DNA of 64,000 bases from Haliotis cracherodii (taxonomy: Eukaryota): contig NW_027266297.1 in NCBI RefSeq assembly GCF_022045235.1, positions 50,902,001 to 50,966,000 on the forward strand, read 5' to 3'. The notes under the pieces were generated by a model. It was not told where the DNA came from. It was given only the letters and a program-made list of their open reading frames with translations, and ran no database searches. Positions 24,571 through 38,583 of this stretch are shown here, piece by piece. The position numbers and the translations under genes are program-made. Within the stretch, counting starts at the first letter, position 1. The number at the start of each line of letters is the position of its first letter.

Positions 24571-24779
24571 TCGTAGAGTATCTCTTTTCTCGACTCCAAA
24601 CGTTTATAAAAATGGTGTAATTCTTGCGTTTACGTGTGCATTTAATAAAAAAAAATACCCATGGCTATTGTGTTATGAAATAACTCCAGCGATTGAACTT
24701 GTCCTTGAAAACACAGTTCCGCCCTAACTACGTGTTGCTTGTGACTTGGGCAACATGCACAGCATTCATAACTGCATTC

Positions 24780-25040
24780 AACCTGTGAAGATCCGGGGTA
24801 GAATAGGTCTTCAGAAACCCATGCTTGCCGTAAATAGCGACTATGCTTGTCCTAAGAGGCGGGTAACGGCATCGGTTGGTCAGGCTCGCTGACTTGGTTG
24901 ATGCATGTCATAGTATCCAATTGCGTGGATCGATGGTCATGTCAGTCACTGGATTTTCTGGTCCAGATTCGATTATCTAAAGACCGTCTTCATATAGCTG
25001 GAATATTGCTGAGTACGGCGTTAAACAACAAACAAACAAA
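24780..25040 (+). mobile_element. SINE-like retroposon family A, apparently full length
   Basis: (CAAA)n tail. 14-bp TSD TCATAACTGCATTC at 24766-24779 and 25041-25054. Confidence 0.85.
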
Positions 25041-25598
25041 TCATAACTGCATTCTCACAAATTATACAGAATATATAAAATACATCTCTAGTCGGACGAT
25101 GTGTTGATGTTATAGTGTTCAGGAGTCTCGAAGATTCGTAATTCGACCGACTTCCAATATTTGTATTTTAATCTCCCCAAGATGTGCGTGTCACTCTACA
25201 TAAACATATATATATATGCATATTAATTTAAAATGTTTTTTTGAAACTCTATTACCTTTTCCCTATTTTGTATCAAACTCGTACCATTCCCGGACTAACG
25301 GAATGGACGTTGTACGTAACGGAAAGATGCAAGCAACTTCCTGATACGGCCTATGCCATTGCTGCGATTCGTCACGTAGACCTACGTGAACGCAAGACAC
25401 AACTTTTCGTGCTTCATCGTTACTCATTGCCAGCTGATTACGACGATCCAGGCGAAGAATATCCCAACCCCCTATTATGAATCATTTAGGGGGAGGGAGT
25501 TAGGGATTCGATCATCACCAATAATCATATTTAACTCATTGTCTGATGTGACAAATTAAAGTTGATGTGTTTATAACCTTCGAGATAACATATGTTTT

Positions 25599-25609
25599 AC
25601 ACACACGCA

Positions 25610-25665
<56 letters not shown>
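25599..25665. repeat. Compound microsatellite (AC)n(ACGC)n(AC)n(AT)n
   Basis: Directly visible. Confidence 0.95.
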
Positions 25666-27692
25666 CGGAATATTAGCCAAATAAACTGTTATATAACTTC
25701 CTATGATTATTGTAATTAGACATTTGGCATTATACCAGGAAATGTGCACCTTCTGACACATGTGTATGTGGGTTGTTTAGTCTACAATGTCACCAAAGGA
25801 CGGGGCAGCGAAACGTGTTCAGTATCAGTTATGAAATATGTAAGTACCCTAATTTCAGAGTCATGCGCATAGACAAAGACTTGCCAATTACTGACAGGTT
25901 GCATGGAAAAGAATTCTTTGAGTGAAACCTTAAAGTTAAACTATATTGTATTTTTAAAACTTTATGTGAAGCACATACCTTGTTTTGTAGGTGAACACAC
26001 ACATACACCCCCATGAAGACGGTATCCAATATTTCACAAACCAACGCTGTGGCTTAAATGTGTGATAACGCCAGTGAATGTAATGCTTATATGTCATGAG
26101 AATTAACAATTTAAGTATAAGTAAGGGTGTAAGGAAATATAAGTAGAAGTACTATTTGTAGTACACATGGAGTAACAAGCGGTATTGCCGCCTGTGTTTG
26201 AGAATTGTCATCCTTCTTCTGCACCATACAAAGAAAATTGGTAGTATCAAGAAATGTATGATGATCATTCAGATAAACTGTCTAGGCATGTGTATTTTTG
26301 TCTTGAGATTCTTTACGCGATTGGATTCATTTAATGGCAGTTGAGGGGGAACTGGTCTAACTTGTTTATCCAGAATTTGTTGTGCTATATGATATTACCT
26401 GGGATTAATTAAAAAGGCTCTTACACGTGGACTTAAAACAACACGTAGGCATGCTATTGAGAAAGGTAGGGTACAATGTGGTGGAAGTTAGCTATAGTTT
26501 CGTAACCGTTCATGTTTAGAAATTATATTTGACGATATGTAAATCGGTCTAAAAATCGGCGCTAACAAATTGTGTTAGAATTAGTCAAAGATATCCGTAA
26601 CTGTCGTGTTTTTAACAGCATACCGAGTAATGGTTTCAGCTGAAACGGGCGTTACTTCAGACTAAGGTAACCTTAATCATAACCTTAGTGGCTGAGGTTA
26701 ACCTTGGCTGGGGTTGTTTTGTGTTTTGAGGCCTTGACCGTCGCTCATGTGCAATCATTCCAAGAATAGCTTATAGGATATACTAACAAAAGCCCCTACG
26801 GGCCTGTTGTGGTGATTTGTACTATGGTGGTATGCTGAATATCTTTTCTTTTTAACAATGTAGAATTTCTGGCAGTAACGATATGAGGTTAGACCCAGTA
26901 CGCAGGTACTAAGTGCCCCTTGCAGTAAATTAGGAAAACACGTTACTATATTCAAAATAAGGTTCCTGTTTTCTTAAATGCAAAGGTATTTTAAGGCTGT
27001 ATTTTGTGATTTGTAATCGGGCGTGGTTATGGAATGTCCAATCACTGGGCTGCAAGTGAAAACATGAGGTAGTCGAGATGATGATGGCGAAAAATATTCT
27101 CTGTCAGATGATGGAAGGCAGGCTAGAAACAAGAGACCTCCCTCCATTAGATTTCAAGCAGAATCATTAATACTTAATACAATTAAGCTTAAGCCAAAAA
27201 GAAATCTTTACAATGTATAAGGAGTAGCACATGGTTGAGAGACCGTGTGCTCAATAAATATAACAAAAATGTGTGAACATAATAATGTAATTAAATATAG
27301 TTTACTTTAATGTAAAACTGTGATACTAATTCTACAAGTATATTTGTTTCTATTGCAGGATGGAAATAGAAAAGTATTGAAGTGTATCTCACCTCAAAAC
27401 AAGAGACCTCCCTTCATAAGAGTTCACGCAGAATGCATGAGGATGGGCAGTTGAGAAAGAAAGTCTAAAGAAGTGGACTAAAGGGCCAACCAGGGGACAG
27501 ATAGCATCTGACAGGTGTCAAAGAAAGTCAAGATGCTAAACAATAATGTTGTGGTGAATAATAAAGTGGTGAATATATCTAAAATTAGATAGTGGAAGTC
27601 CAGGTGAAGCTGGAGAAATCACAGAGGCTGCAAATGGTACCAAAGTTATCGTTGTTAGTTATCTGATATTCAATTGCAGACATATGTATATA

Positions 27693-29169
27693 TACTCACA
27701 CGCAAAGTGGTTTTAAGCAAATAGGTAACAAACACGGAACCATAAATTGATACGAGTTTTAGCATGTAGCGAAGCCTGATGGTGTTATCAATATTTTGGC
27801 TGCATTTTGGAGGCCCCGAGTAAAAACGCAACATAAACAACGAATCACCAAAACGCACTATTTCAATGAATATGTGGATATCATGCACCCATATATCGCG
27901 AAATCGAAAATACACGAACTGTCACGAACTGTAGCCGATTCTTGGACCTACCACTCCTTGGTCAACAATGCCACCACGCCTTACTCAAATTCAGAGAAAC
28001 CAGGCTATCGGACGTTTGGAAGCTGGAGAGTCTGTCCAAGATGTTGCCCGTCATTTCAACGTTAACATAACCACAATTTACCGTCTCCTGCATCGATACA
28101 ATGCTACACAGACCACAGATGATCTTCCTCGGAGCGGTCGTCTTAGGGTCACCACACCTCGACAAGATCGGCAGATTACCCGTCAACACCAGCGACATCC
28201 GTTCCTAACTGCAAGTGAAAGTGCTCGACAGACCATAGGAACACATAATCGACACATTAGCCGGGACACTGTGATCCGACGTCTCCGTTCCAACAACCTC
28301 AGATGTCGCCGACCAGCACGTCGTCCTGTTCTCCAACCATTTCATCGACAAGCACGACTTCAGTGGGCACAGGGTCATCACAATTGGCGTCATCGTGAGT
28401 TGAGGCGTGTCATCTTCTCTGATGAAAGTCGCTTTTGTGTCTCCCATGCAGACGGAAGAGTCAGAATTTGGCGGCGTCGAGGTGATCGTTTCACTGACAG
28501 AAACGTTGTGGAAAGGGATCCATGGGGTGGACCTAGCGTCATGATATGGACAGGGATTCGACTTAATGCGAGACATGGACCCATGTGCTTTCTGAATGGT
28601 GGTCAAGGTCGGGGACACGGCGTCATTGTTCAGCGGTATATCGACCAAGTGATCAAACCCGACGTTGTTCCATTTTTTGCACAACATCAACAACACATTT
28701 TCAGCAGGACAACGCTCGTCCCCATGTTGCCAGAGCTACCATGGCCTTTCTGCAACAACACAACATCCGTGTTCTACCGTGGCCAGCCCTCAACCCTGAT
28801 CTGAACCCCATCGAACACTTGTGGGGTGAGGTTCAACGGCGTCTGCACAATGTGGGCCCAGTCCCTACAACTGCTGATGAACTACGCACAGCTGCTCTGG
28901 ATGTGTGCAGGAGGATCCCTAGGGCCTTCATAAATCGTCTGATCCACTCAATGTACAGGAGATGTGTGGCGATCAATGCTAATGGTGGTCACACCAGGTA
29001 TTGACTGACATTTTGCGTATTGACCCGAAACTGTGTAAGGCCTTAACATTTGAAAAAAAACAATTATGTCATCTGCCTTTTAATCCATTAAACTGTCTTC
29101 AGTCAAATTTTTGTCAATATATATAAAATAAATAAATAACATGCATACTGCATACTCGACTTGTGAGTA
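27693..29169 (+). mobile_element. Tc1-like DNA transposon, copy A (DD34E; transposase 27968-29004 with one frameshift near 28700)
   Basis: HTH region, 'PRSGR', 'FSDESRF', 'QQDNARPH', 'NPDLNPIEHLW', 'NGGHTRY'. TA-flanked termini TACTCAC...GTGAGTA. Both TIRs are internally shortened. Confidence 0.92.
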
Positions 29170-29670
29170 TATGATTATAATGACGACTAGGGGGTTATGA
29201 GAGGGGGCACTTGTATAACTAAGCATTATCAGTCAAAAATACAGGTTACCTCTGTAAACACATCAACTTAGTTATTAGTTGTTACATGAATTGATAAATA
29301 TATACTTCCAATTTGGGAACTTGTAACGATATTTGACTTCGTGCCGAATATTGGCCTCTGAGCAGATCTAGATAAACCCCTGATTATACCCACAAGATTG
29401 ACGTGAAGGGAGGTAGCTTTGTTTAATGCATGGGAATTAAATTAATAGTTATGGTACCATATTTACAGCGATTGATACTTTCGTTGTTATCGATAGTACT
29501 AATCAATATTAAAAATACTTCAACATTCTACATCTATGAATTGTCATCAGCTCATGGACAATGTGTGGATACTTTGATCAATTGTTACACCACTAGTCAT
29601 GACAGACAAAATACATATGCAATCACTTTGGTTTGGCATCCTAAATATTTGGTTTATCAGTTTTACTCAC

Positions 29671-29770
29671 CTTAAGCTCTTGAGGAACAGGTGCTGCGAT
29701 GCGTTCATAGTTTCCGAGAACATTGGATAAACTTCCTATGACTGGTTCAGTTGCAAATGCCAAACTGTCA
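29671..29770 (-). CDS. SCYL2: SCY1-like protein 2-like, coding exon 3
   Basis: ttccag|T-DSLAFATEPVIGSLSNVLGNYERIAAPVPQELK|gtgagt, phase 2/0. Matches SCYL2 'DCLAFCTEPVFASLANVLGN'. Confidence 0.9.
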
Positions 29771-30831
29771 CTGGAACATAAAAATAGTAGGACCAAACAA
29801 TGTGTCATGTCCTTGGTACATTACGTGCTATAATATGGATAGAATAATGTTAAAAGTGAAATAAAGCTTCGATTTGTTCATTGAAAACAGTGATCTTCTA
29901 TGCTTATCATGAAATGCAAATGTAAAAACATTGCCATGATGAGTTTATGACAAGGTTACAAGGTCAGAGCCAGAGTTGTTACATCATAAACAAACAGTAT
30001 TAGTTACAAGGATCAAGTATGATAGAGGTACTTTTCTTGTTCACAAAATACCTTAAGTTTTAAAGACGAGAAACCATTTTCATATCAAGCATGCACGTTT
30101 TGGACTTATGATATTTAAGTATGGCCTATATGCGGGGTAAAGACAAACACTGACTTGAAGGTAAATCAGAAACATAATGAAATCAGAATGAGTCAACGAC
30201 CTATTGATGTACAGAAATAAAATCAGCCTTTTTGAAACATTTTAGCCTTTCCTCTTTAACCATTGACGTCTTAGCTAAGAACATGCCAGTAAAGCGTCCA
30301 ATTGCTATTCATATTTCCCATCTGATGGTTTCATTATCATTTGTAAATATTTTGCGTTTTTCTTCAATTATGAAGATCCTGTGGGCCAATACGGGCCCTC
30401 ACACTGAAACCAATTAGTTTTAATTGAATACGAGATGTTGCAGGTAGTATATGTTAAGCATTTAGATATTTTGCATTGAAAGTTGTTACACGAACATATG
30501 TACACTGGCGCAAGGGGTGCACACCCAACCTTTTTTCAGACGCTAATGTCGGCCTGACAGTCCCTCGGTTATTCTTGCTCAAGTTGTGACTTGGGTAATA
30601 TACACCCCCAGTGCTTCAATATCCTAGATCTACTTCTAAAAATGCTTGTCAAGGCAAATCACCTGGATGTAAATACAGGTAAATGTATTGTACCAAAAGG
30701 GTTATTAAACACAAATTCATGTAAAGATAATACACAGGAACTGATGTATGTGAATTGACGCTGGTGCCTTTAATGTGAAAATTGCTTTTTAACTAAGTGC
30801 AGAGTGACACAAAATAAGGAAATGTACCTAC

Positions 30832-30992
30832 TGGCACTCCTCGACTCCATGCATTACTGACAGTACATTGGGATGGCGAACATGTTCCAGTTGATTAACT
30901 TCTTTCCGGAGAAGTTCAGATACTGTCTCACGTCGCCGAGGTTTGTGAAGTTTGTCTGCAATCTTTTTCTCAAAAAGAAAGACAGATGCTTC
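30832..30992 (-). CDS. SCYL2: SCY1-like protein 2-like, coding exon 2
   Basis: attaag|EASVFLFEKKIADKLHKPRRRETVSELLRKEVNQLEHVRHPNVLSVMHGVEEC-CA|gtaggt. 161 nt, phase 0/2. Confidence 0.9.
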
Positions 30993-33099
30993 CTTAATAA
31001 AACAAAAGAAATAGAGATAATTAACACCAATTTGTAACAAAATTCCTTAGATAACGTAATTTACTGTATCGTGTTCTCAAAGTTAAAAAGAATTACTTAT
31101 AGTGATGTCAGAAGTATATCCTACATTGCAACTAAAAAGGTGTTTGCATTACATACGAAAACAGAAGCAGTCCCACCTTTCCTGAATGTCCCAAAACTTT
31201 CTTCTCATGAACCGTGTACCATTTAGACTTTATCAACAACGGACCTCACCAATATCTCACTCTAATTCTCTATTGTTGTTTAATGCAGTACATCACAGTT
31301 CAATACTTCTACCCAAATAACAGAAGTTTGAGTAACTCCTTCTTAATAATATCACTTATGGATTAAGGAAAATACATGCAAAACAGTCTGCATCCAAACA
31401 TTCTGTTCAGTCTAGTTCTCAAAACTGCTGCTAACAGTCAATATAATAATATCTAATGAAAATGATATTGTAGCCACATTCGGACAGGTAGGCACACATG
31501 TTTTTGGCACAGACGAGCACACGCTGAAACAAAAAGAATTTTGAATACACAATGTCTTTTAGAAAGTGGTCAAATGTGCTGAAGAAAAGGTGCCTTACTC
31601 TGAGAAGTGTGGCTTCGAATCCGGGATGGAACTCAACTTAAAAAAGCAGTAGAGTATGTTCTTTATTGAGAAAGTGTAATGCCAAATATAACATATGTTA
31701 ATAAGTCACATGCCTCAAACTACTTCTACAAATTTGTCTGGACCAGAAAATGGTTGGTATTATGAAACACATCCTGCATCTTTGGATTACATGAACACAC
31801 AATTAACCAATTCACCTAGCTTGACCACCCAGTTCATTTAGTCGCATCTTATATCAAGCATAGGTTGCGACCAATTCTGACTCAGAATGGCCATGACGCC
31901 CTTTCTGCACTGCGCATTTGAGATTTATCTTTCAGCTTTTACAGTGTATTATTAAACAATATGACTCGTCCAAATGCTCAACATACCTTTCTAGAATATC
32001 GAAATATGTCCTTAAAAACAAACATTAAATTTACAGAGAATTGTCTATAATTGAAATGATATCTTATATTAAACTCAAAAGCACAATGGAAAAGAAAAGA
32101 AATCACACAGCAGAACCTACTTTCAAAGGTATTATTGATAAGTGGTGAGAAATTGCATCACTGGCTTACTAACTGCCAGCAAGCACTGTTCCAATATTTC
32201 AAAAGCCAGTAGGTGGCCAATTTATAATGTGCAACTACCCTTGAGATGCATAGCTCAATTTGGGGACAATTTCTACTCAGATTGTAACAGACAGGCAATC
32301 TCTTATTGTTGGACTGCCTGAAGCATAATTGTGTTTTACAAGACTTTTCGTTGACAAGTTTTTGGGGGGGAATAAAACCCCAGCCACACACCTCCACCCC
32401 AAAGAAATGCAGTTTGTGTGAATTTAGGTGATGGTATAAGTAAAAAGGTCAAATCAGGGTCAAGTGATAAAGTATCACAAACTGATGTATATAGCATTAC
32501 CAACTAAACATACAATATTACTTTCTTGATAGATTATTATTTTGCGGGGCAAAATGATTCAGTAATTGCCCTAAATAGTCATTTTTGAATATGGTTGCTG
32601 TGGCCATGTTCTAGTGGTTTTTGATGAGACGTTTACAACGGAGGAGGCTCGAGGTTCGATGAATAAACAGGTCACAACATGAGTTCACTTGACTTTCAGT
32701 TAGGTGTACATGAGATCAGTATCTCCTTGTGTGAGTAACCAACTGGTCAAACTTAATCAGTGTCAGTCGCCATCAGCGATGAATGAAAATACATAAATGT
32801 AATCCCATTGTCACAACAGTACACACACAGATTAAGTGAACCTGAACTAGCATCAAGTAGAATCAGCAAAATAAAAAGTCACCCGAATCAGCAATGCATC
32901 AACATTGCCACAGCTCATTATTGCGATCCTCACATAACCATTGACTGGTATTAAGAAATCAAACAAAATTTGTGTATAATTCTAAGAACACTACCCGTAT
33001 TGCATCATCAGCCATAAACTACTGTTTCGGCTGTCATCACACTATAAATCAGACGCCCTCTTGACTGCCATACATACCTAATAGTCATGAGGGGAACTG

Positions 33100-35000
33100 A
33101 AATGCAGCTGTGCAAGCGCGAGGCAATAAAACGTCACTTCTTTCAACCACTAACCCTCATTGTCTAGATGCAGAAACGTTTGGAAGGTGGGAGGTACTAA
33201 TTCCTGATGTAAAAGAGTATGTATAATACTTACTGATGTAATCTTAGAATTATACTCTATGATAACTTTTGTTTGGTAATTCTTTTGAATATATTACCTC
33301 TATTACATCATTAGCCAGCATACACCAGAGGGACCGGTGGGATCTGACATCCAGCATCCCCAGATAGTTGGCAGAAATGAAGTGGGAGTATATACATAGA
33401 TTAAGTGTACCAAGACATCCACCAACGGTACGATCTGATAGGCTGGTCGTGTGATCTAAGATCATATTTCTTGCTCTTGAGTCTTTACCTGCTGGAGAAG
33501 CCAAGATTCCCCCTTATAAGTTGAAACCTTACCCCTATATAGACGATGTTTTGAGTTGGTCAGGGTTAACCAGAACGCCCAGATATGTTTATTCTGCAGC
33601 TGATAGGAAGTTGTTGATGTATCAGTCTCACTAGCCTTTGATGAGCAAACCTGATGACTGGGTTGATGATCTTGGTAAATAGCCATAGAGCGATTGGTAT
33701 GCCAAGCGGTAGAACGCTTTGAACTCAACCCTCTGCCTGCTGACTGCAAATTGTCGACAACTTGCATGTACACACTTCAAGAGCAGCTTCTTGTAAATCT
33801 AGACTTATCTTCCAGTTTCCTTGCCTGAGAAAGCTCAAGGTCGTACAAGACAATCCTTGTTGTGCACTTTCAAGTTGTTAATCATGCGCATGTCTTTGAA
33901 ACCAGGAAGACTGGAGTGTAGAATCCATTGGTGGTGTCTGACTGTTTTAATGCACTTACTGCCCCCTTGAGTACAAGTTTCTGTATGGCCATGTTCGCGG
34001 CAGCTAGCTTGGATCCAGACAGATGAAATAGGCACCCTATGGGATCGACCACAAGTTTGGGACGTTGTAGGAAATGTGTCGTCCATGACTTACTTTGCAG
34101 CATATTGCATCAGACAACCCTTGACTGATGCCGGGGTCGGTTTTGTGTTGAATGCAACACAGCAATCAATGTCCATCAGACAGGCTTTGGAGAGATATGC
34201 TGAACTTGAAATGACTCATACATGACTGTGACATCAACTCGGAATGCCTCTGCCTTTGTCTCTGCTACATTTCACATCTGCTCACTTTTGGCATAGTTGC
34301 CCAAGGGAAATGTTGATCTGTCTTGTCAGACTGGAGCATGAAAAGAATCCCGCGCCAATGTCACATGTCTTCCGATTGGGAGGATCTCGCTGAACTTGAT
34401 ACTCTGCTGGACGTTTCTGCATTCTGGAATGCAGGCTGAGTGTAAAATTCTGGAACCTCTGATGGATCAACTGGACAATCCCTTACTTGACGACGTGAAG
34501 ACTCTTGTTGAAGAACAAGGGTGCTGTGATAGCATGCAACAACATACTTCCCTACAGAAGATGTTCTGACGTATGTAGTACAATGTACGAGATGTTCTGG
34601 CGTATCTGCTGTATGAGTTGGTTGCGCTGTTAACTAGAAACCTGGCTGACATTTATAGTTCAGCTGACTGGAGATCCTCCTGTTGAGGATATCGTCTGAG
34701 GAGCTGTGGACAAGATCCAACTGTTCCAGGCTGAGGTCGTCTCTTTTTGTCCAAGGATTAACCAGCAATTGATTAATCAGGGGGATGACATGTCTGATAC
34801 CAGCTGCAAACCAGCTGATGTAGGTTCTGGTGTTTAACATCTGCTTGTTGAAAAGTATCGAGATCTTTGAACCTGGCCATCTCAACAAGCACCTTTGTAG
34901 ACAAATATTTTACTTCCTCGTGATAATCTTCGATGATGGTAGGATGTTTGGGCAAGTGCAATCGTGTGTCATATAGGCGGTCCTACTGATTGAAGAAAGG
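33100..35000 (-). mobile_element. Heavily decayed DIRS1-like retrotransposon remnant; ends approximate
   Basis: Minus-strand 'AIQKLVLKGAVSAL...GFYTPVFLVSK..RMINNLK' matches the DIRS1-type RT N-terminus (LL.KGAI...GFYS..FLVPK...RPI.NLK). Fragmented ORFs lie on both sides. Confidence 0.6.
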
Positions 35001-36635
35001 CTAAGGCTAACATTTTTGGCTCTAGATGTGTTCAGTCACAAATCTATCTTCTTAATCAAGTTGTCAGGAAACGACAGAAAGGTGAGTGTGTGACTTGAGT
35101 CACGAAGCATGAAGCACGAAGCACGAAGCACATGCCAAGTAACGGTGACAGGAAGCTGACCTCAACTTATCTGATCTTCCACCTTGGCTGTCACGCATAA
35201 CGATATGTTAAGTGAAACGTCTGTTAAGCTTTACAGCACTTGCATGAGTTTTCTACTCATCTGAAGTCGTGGTGTCTACAACTCATAGGAGATTGATATC
35301 TGTCCTTATACCCGCTGTGACGAGATGCACATGGCCTACAGATTTTACTCATGATAATACAGGGATTTGTGAGACACGTAATGATTGCTAATGACACTCT
35401 GTTTGTCATGAGTGTGTATGGTACCCCTGGTTGGCGATGCCTTGTTGTAATCTGATTTATCCTTCGATTTCGATCTACCAGTATCTATTTGTGAACTGCA
35501 ATGTCCTCTGAGATACAGATGCAAGACGTTGTCACGTAGTGCTGACCTTGGTGAAGTAATGGTTTTAGAAAATTGAGTTAGGTGAAAGGGATTGTGTGGG
35601 CTAGGATGGGTTTCAACCCTGGAATGGCCACCCAGCGGGGTACGCCTGCTCCTTTTTATCCAGTGGCGGGTGGGACAAGCAACAAGATCTACCCTCTCTA
35701 GGGGAAACAGCGCCCCAATGCATCACCGACTTATTACTTCACCCAAGTCGTCTTGAATCAAGACGTTGATGTTAATTTTAGCAACGAATATGTCTTTGAT
35801 TTTTAACATGTTATGATTTTTGTATGATAAACCAAGAGTTATCTATATAAAATTAAATTTCCGTTGTGTTCATTGGAATTCCTGCATTCTGATTAGCTGA
35901 ATTGGTCACGTGTTATTGAATTCATTTCCCAATGAATGTAAAAAATTAAGCCACGCCCACCGAGGCGCACTACTTTTATTACTGCTGAATGCCAGGGAAT
36001 CCCAATATTACAGTCGAGGGAATTCCCTTTCTGCTTATGTGTATCGTCATGCACAGGACATTTAACAACATTCATGCATATTCATTGACCAAACTACCCT
36101 TTGAAACCGAAGGCCAAGAAGGAATGAAACAGCAAACGTTCAGGCTCGCTTGCCTGTTTTTCCCCCGCTCGCCTCAGTTCCACAACTTTCATGTATTCAT
36201 ATTTCATTTCTAACTAGCATTTTTCCAACTGTGTTTTCCCTTTTTCAGGGAACTAATGTTTGAATCTGGCTGTAACTGACCATGTCATTTGAAACAGCCG
36301 CCTTCTCCCGGACATATTTCTTCCGGTTCGTTAAAGTCTGACTGTTGCAGTTCTTCTCGCCTCTTGCCTTAATTGACAGGTCCTATGAACATTGTTTTGA
36401 TCCTACTCCTCATGGATTTACTACTGACTATGTAGGCGTGTCAAGTTATGTGCATAAATTAAATGATCACCTGATTCATGTCGCGCCACAGTATGTATTC
36501 CTACACCTGGAATGTTTATGAATCTCGTCATTTTTGTCTGTTTTGTCTGTAGTAGTTTTGGGTTAAACTACTGTAGATAAAACATTTATTTACGTTGTCG
36601 AATTTAATTATAAGCATTGACTGTGAATTTTTATT

Positions 36636-36729
36636 GGTTCATTGAGGTATGAATCGAAAAACCGATGTGCAAACTTTATGTAAGAATCCACTACACACAT
36701 CAGTTTTTCGATTCATACCTCAATGAACC
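36636..36729. repeat. Inverted repeat, 34-bp arms (1 mismatch), 26-nt loop
   Basis: GGTTCATTGAGGTATGAATCGAAAAACCGATGTG ... CACATCAGTTTTTCGATTCATACCTCAATGAACC. Confidence 0.9.
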
Positions 36730-36978
36730 GAATACACAATACTGAAATAAAATTTCTTATATGTGTGTGTAGAGGGGGGGGGGGGGGAGAGACAAAGTTT
36801 GTTGTCTTTTAGATATATGCAACATTATCTAAAAATCATACTGGACCCAAAAGATCAAATTATCTCCCCCTTCAAAAGCAAAAAAAAGAAGAAAAAAGCA
36901 CAAAACAAAAAACAAAACAAAAACACTCAAAAAACATGTTTTTAAACAATATCCATATTTTCACATACCGGCATTTAG

Positions 36979-37148
36979 GAGATAAACCTACAGTGTTTTG
37001 AAATTTGATGTAGTCCCACTGTAGAATAGATACCTCTTTATTTTAATTTTGTACCGAGCGCTTTAGCGCGATGTTCCAAATTATAATAAAGAGGTACCCA
37101 TTCTACAGTGGGACTGCATCAAATTTCAAAACACAGTAGGTATATCTC
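36979..37148. repeat. Long imperfect inverted repeat (about 70-bp arms), probably a DNA-element terminus
   Basis: GAGATAAACCTACAGTGTTTTGAAATTTGATG...TACCTCTTTATT pairs with AATAAAGAGGTA...CATCAAATTTCAAAACACAGTAGGTATATCTC. Confidence 0.85.
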
Positions 37149-38468
37149 AATTCTACCATGACGGCAACAACGCTTTGAAAACGGCGCTCTCTTGCAACGC
37201 GTAATAACACAGGTGCACAGGTCCGCAATCTTAGAACATTCCGAAAAGTGGTCACAGGTAGTTACATATGTAACAATTATTACTAAAGTTCAAGAGTAGT
37301 TCATAATAAGTGTTCAAAACTTAGTTTTTCAAAAGAAGTTGACAAATAACAGTCCAAACTTAGTCCAAAGAGAGATGTTTTAATTTCTACCAAACTGTTG
37401 TACACTGTTGTACACTGGCTGTCATTTCTCGGAATTTTGGAGTGAGGACATTTCTTGGAAATCGAACATGCCATTATTTCTATTGTAGGGCTGACGGGTA
37501 ATAGAAAAATGTTTTAAAATGCTAAACGAATATATTTCTACAGCAAACTTTATGAATTAACATTATGTTATACATTTAACGTGTGTAAGTGTTATTAGTT
37601 AGTTAGCTATTACCCCGAGTAAAGAATAATAACATCAAAGTAAATGCCTCTCCACCCGGAACTTGTATGTGGCAGAACTTGACCTACATCACGGTTACTC
37701 ACATACTCACAGCTGTCAATGGCTGACAATCTTGTGTTTACATTCCCGGTAACGAGTTATAGAATGAAGCAGGATGACAACCCCGATCTATGATGTGGTT
37801 CAGCATTAACAGGTAGATTATCTGGGATTGATCCAGCCTGCTGGTACATCCATATGATTACCAATGCGACTGGGTATGACTGAACAGTCGCTTTTTAGGC
37901 TGCAGACTAGCCGGATATTTTGAAACTAGGAATTCGCATGGTGTGACCTATTAATTTCAAGATTTCACGGATCCAAAGCCAAATAGTGACAGAACTTAGA
38001 AATTTGTGTCCCAGAAATAGTGGATCGTGTATGATTTTCTTAATTGTGCGTGTTCTGAAATGAATTTCATGAAGTTTTATAAGCTGTCACTTCAGTTGGG
38101 ATACTGTTTTCGTGGACTTTCGAAGGGGAGTGTATTCTGATGGACTTTCAAATCCCCTCCTACCAAATTCTAACGGTGGTGGTTGACGGAGATGGCAACG
38201 AATATCGATCAGAAAAGGTTGGTAAACAACATGTTGTCATGAATAAAAAACAATTTTTATAATGTTATATTTTACGCTCATTGTCGGTTGTTTCAATGAG
38301 GAAATAGATTAAATTGTTCCGATTCTGGTCACCATAGAACATTTCTGTAACAGTTTCATAAACATTTCATTTGTATGCAAAGGATATGCCTTCGTTAAAT
38401 CTTTTAATGTCATTATCGAAGCAGTCAGGGTTGCGGCCTAGAACTCCCCAAACATCCGATATCAAACT

Positions 38469-38583
38469 ACCGTATTTCCTCTATTTGCCAATACGCCGTC
38501 TATTAACTTCGCGATTGCCCTTGACTCGGCGTGTATTAGAGACCTGGCTGGTATTAGAGACCCAGCGTGTATTCGAGGAAATA
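38469..38583. mobile_element. Small degenerate CCGTA-type MITE
   Basis: TA|CCGTATTTCCTC ... GAGGAAATA, with internal repeats of GTATTAGAGACC. Confidence 0.45.
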
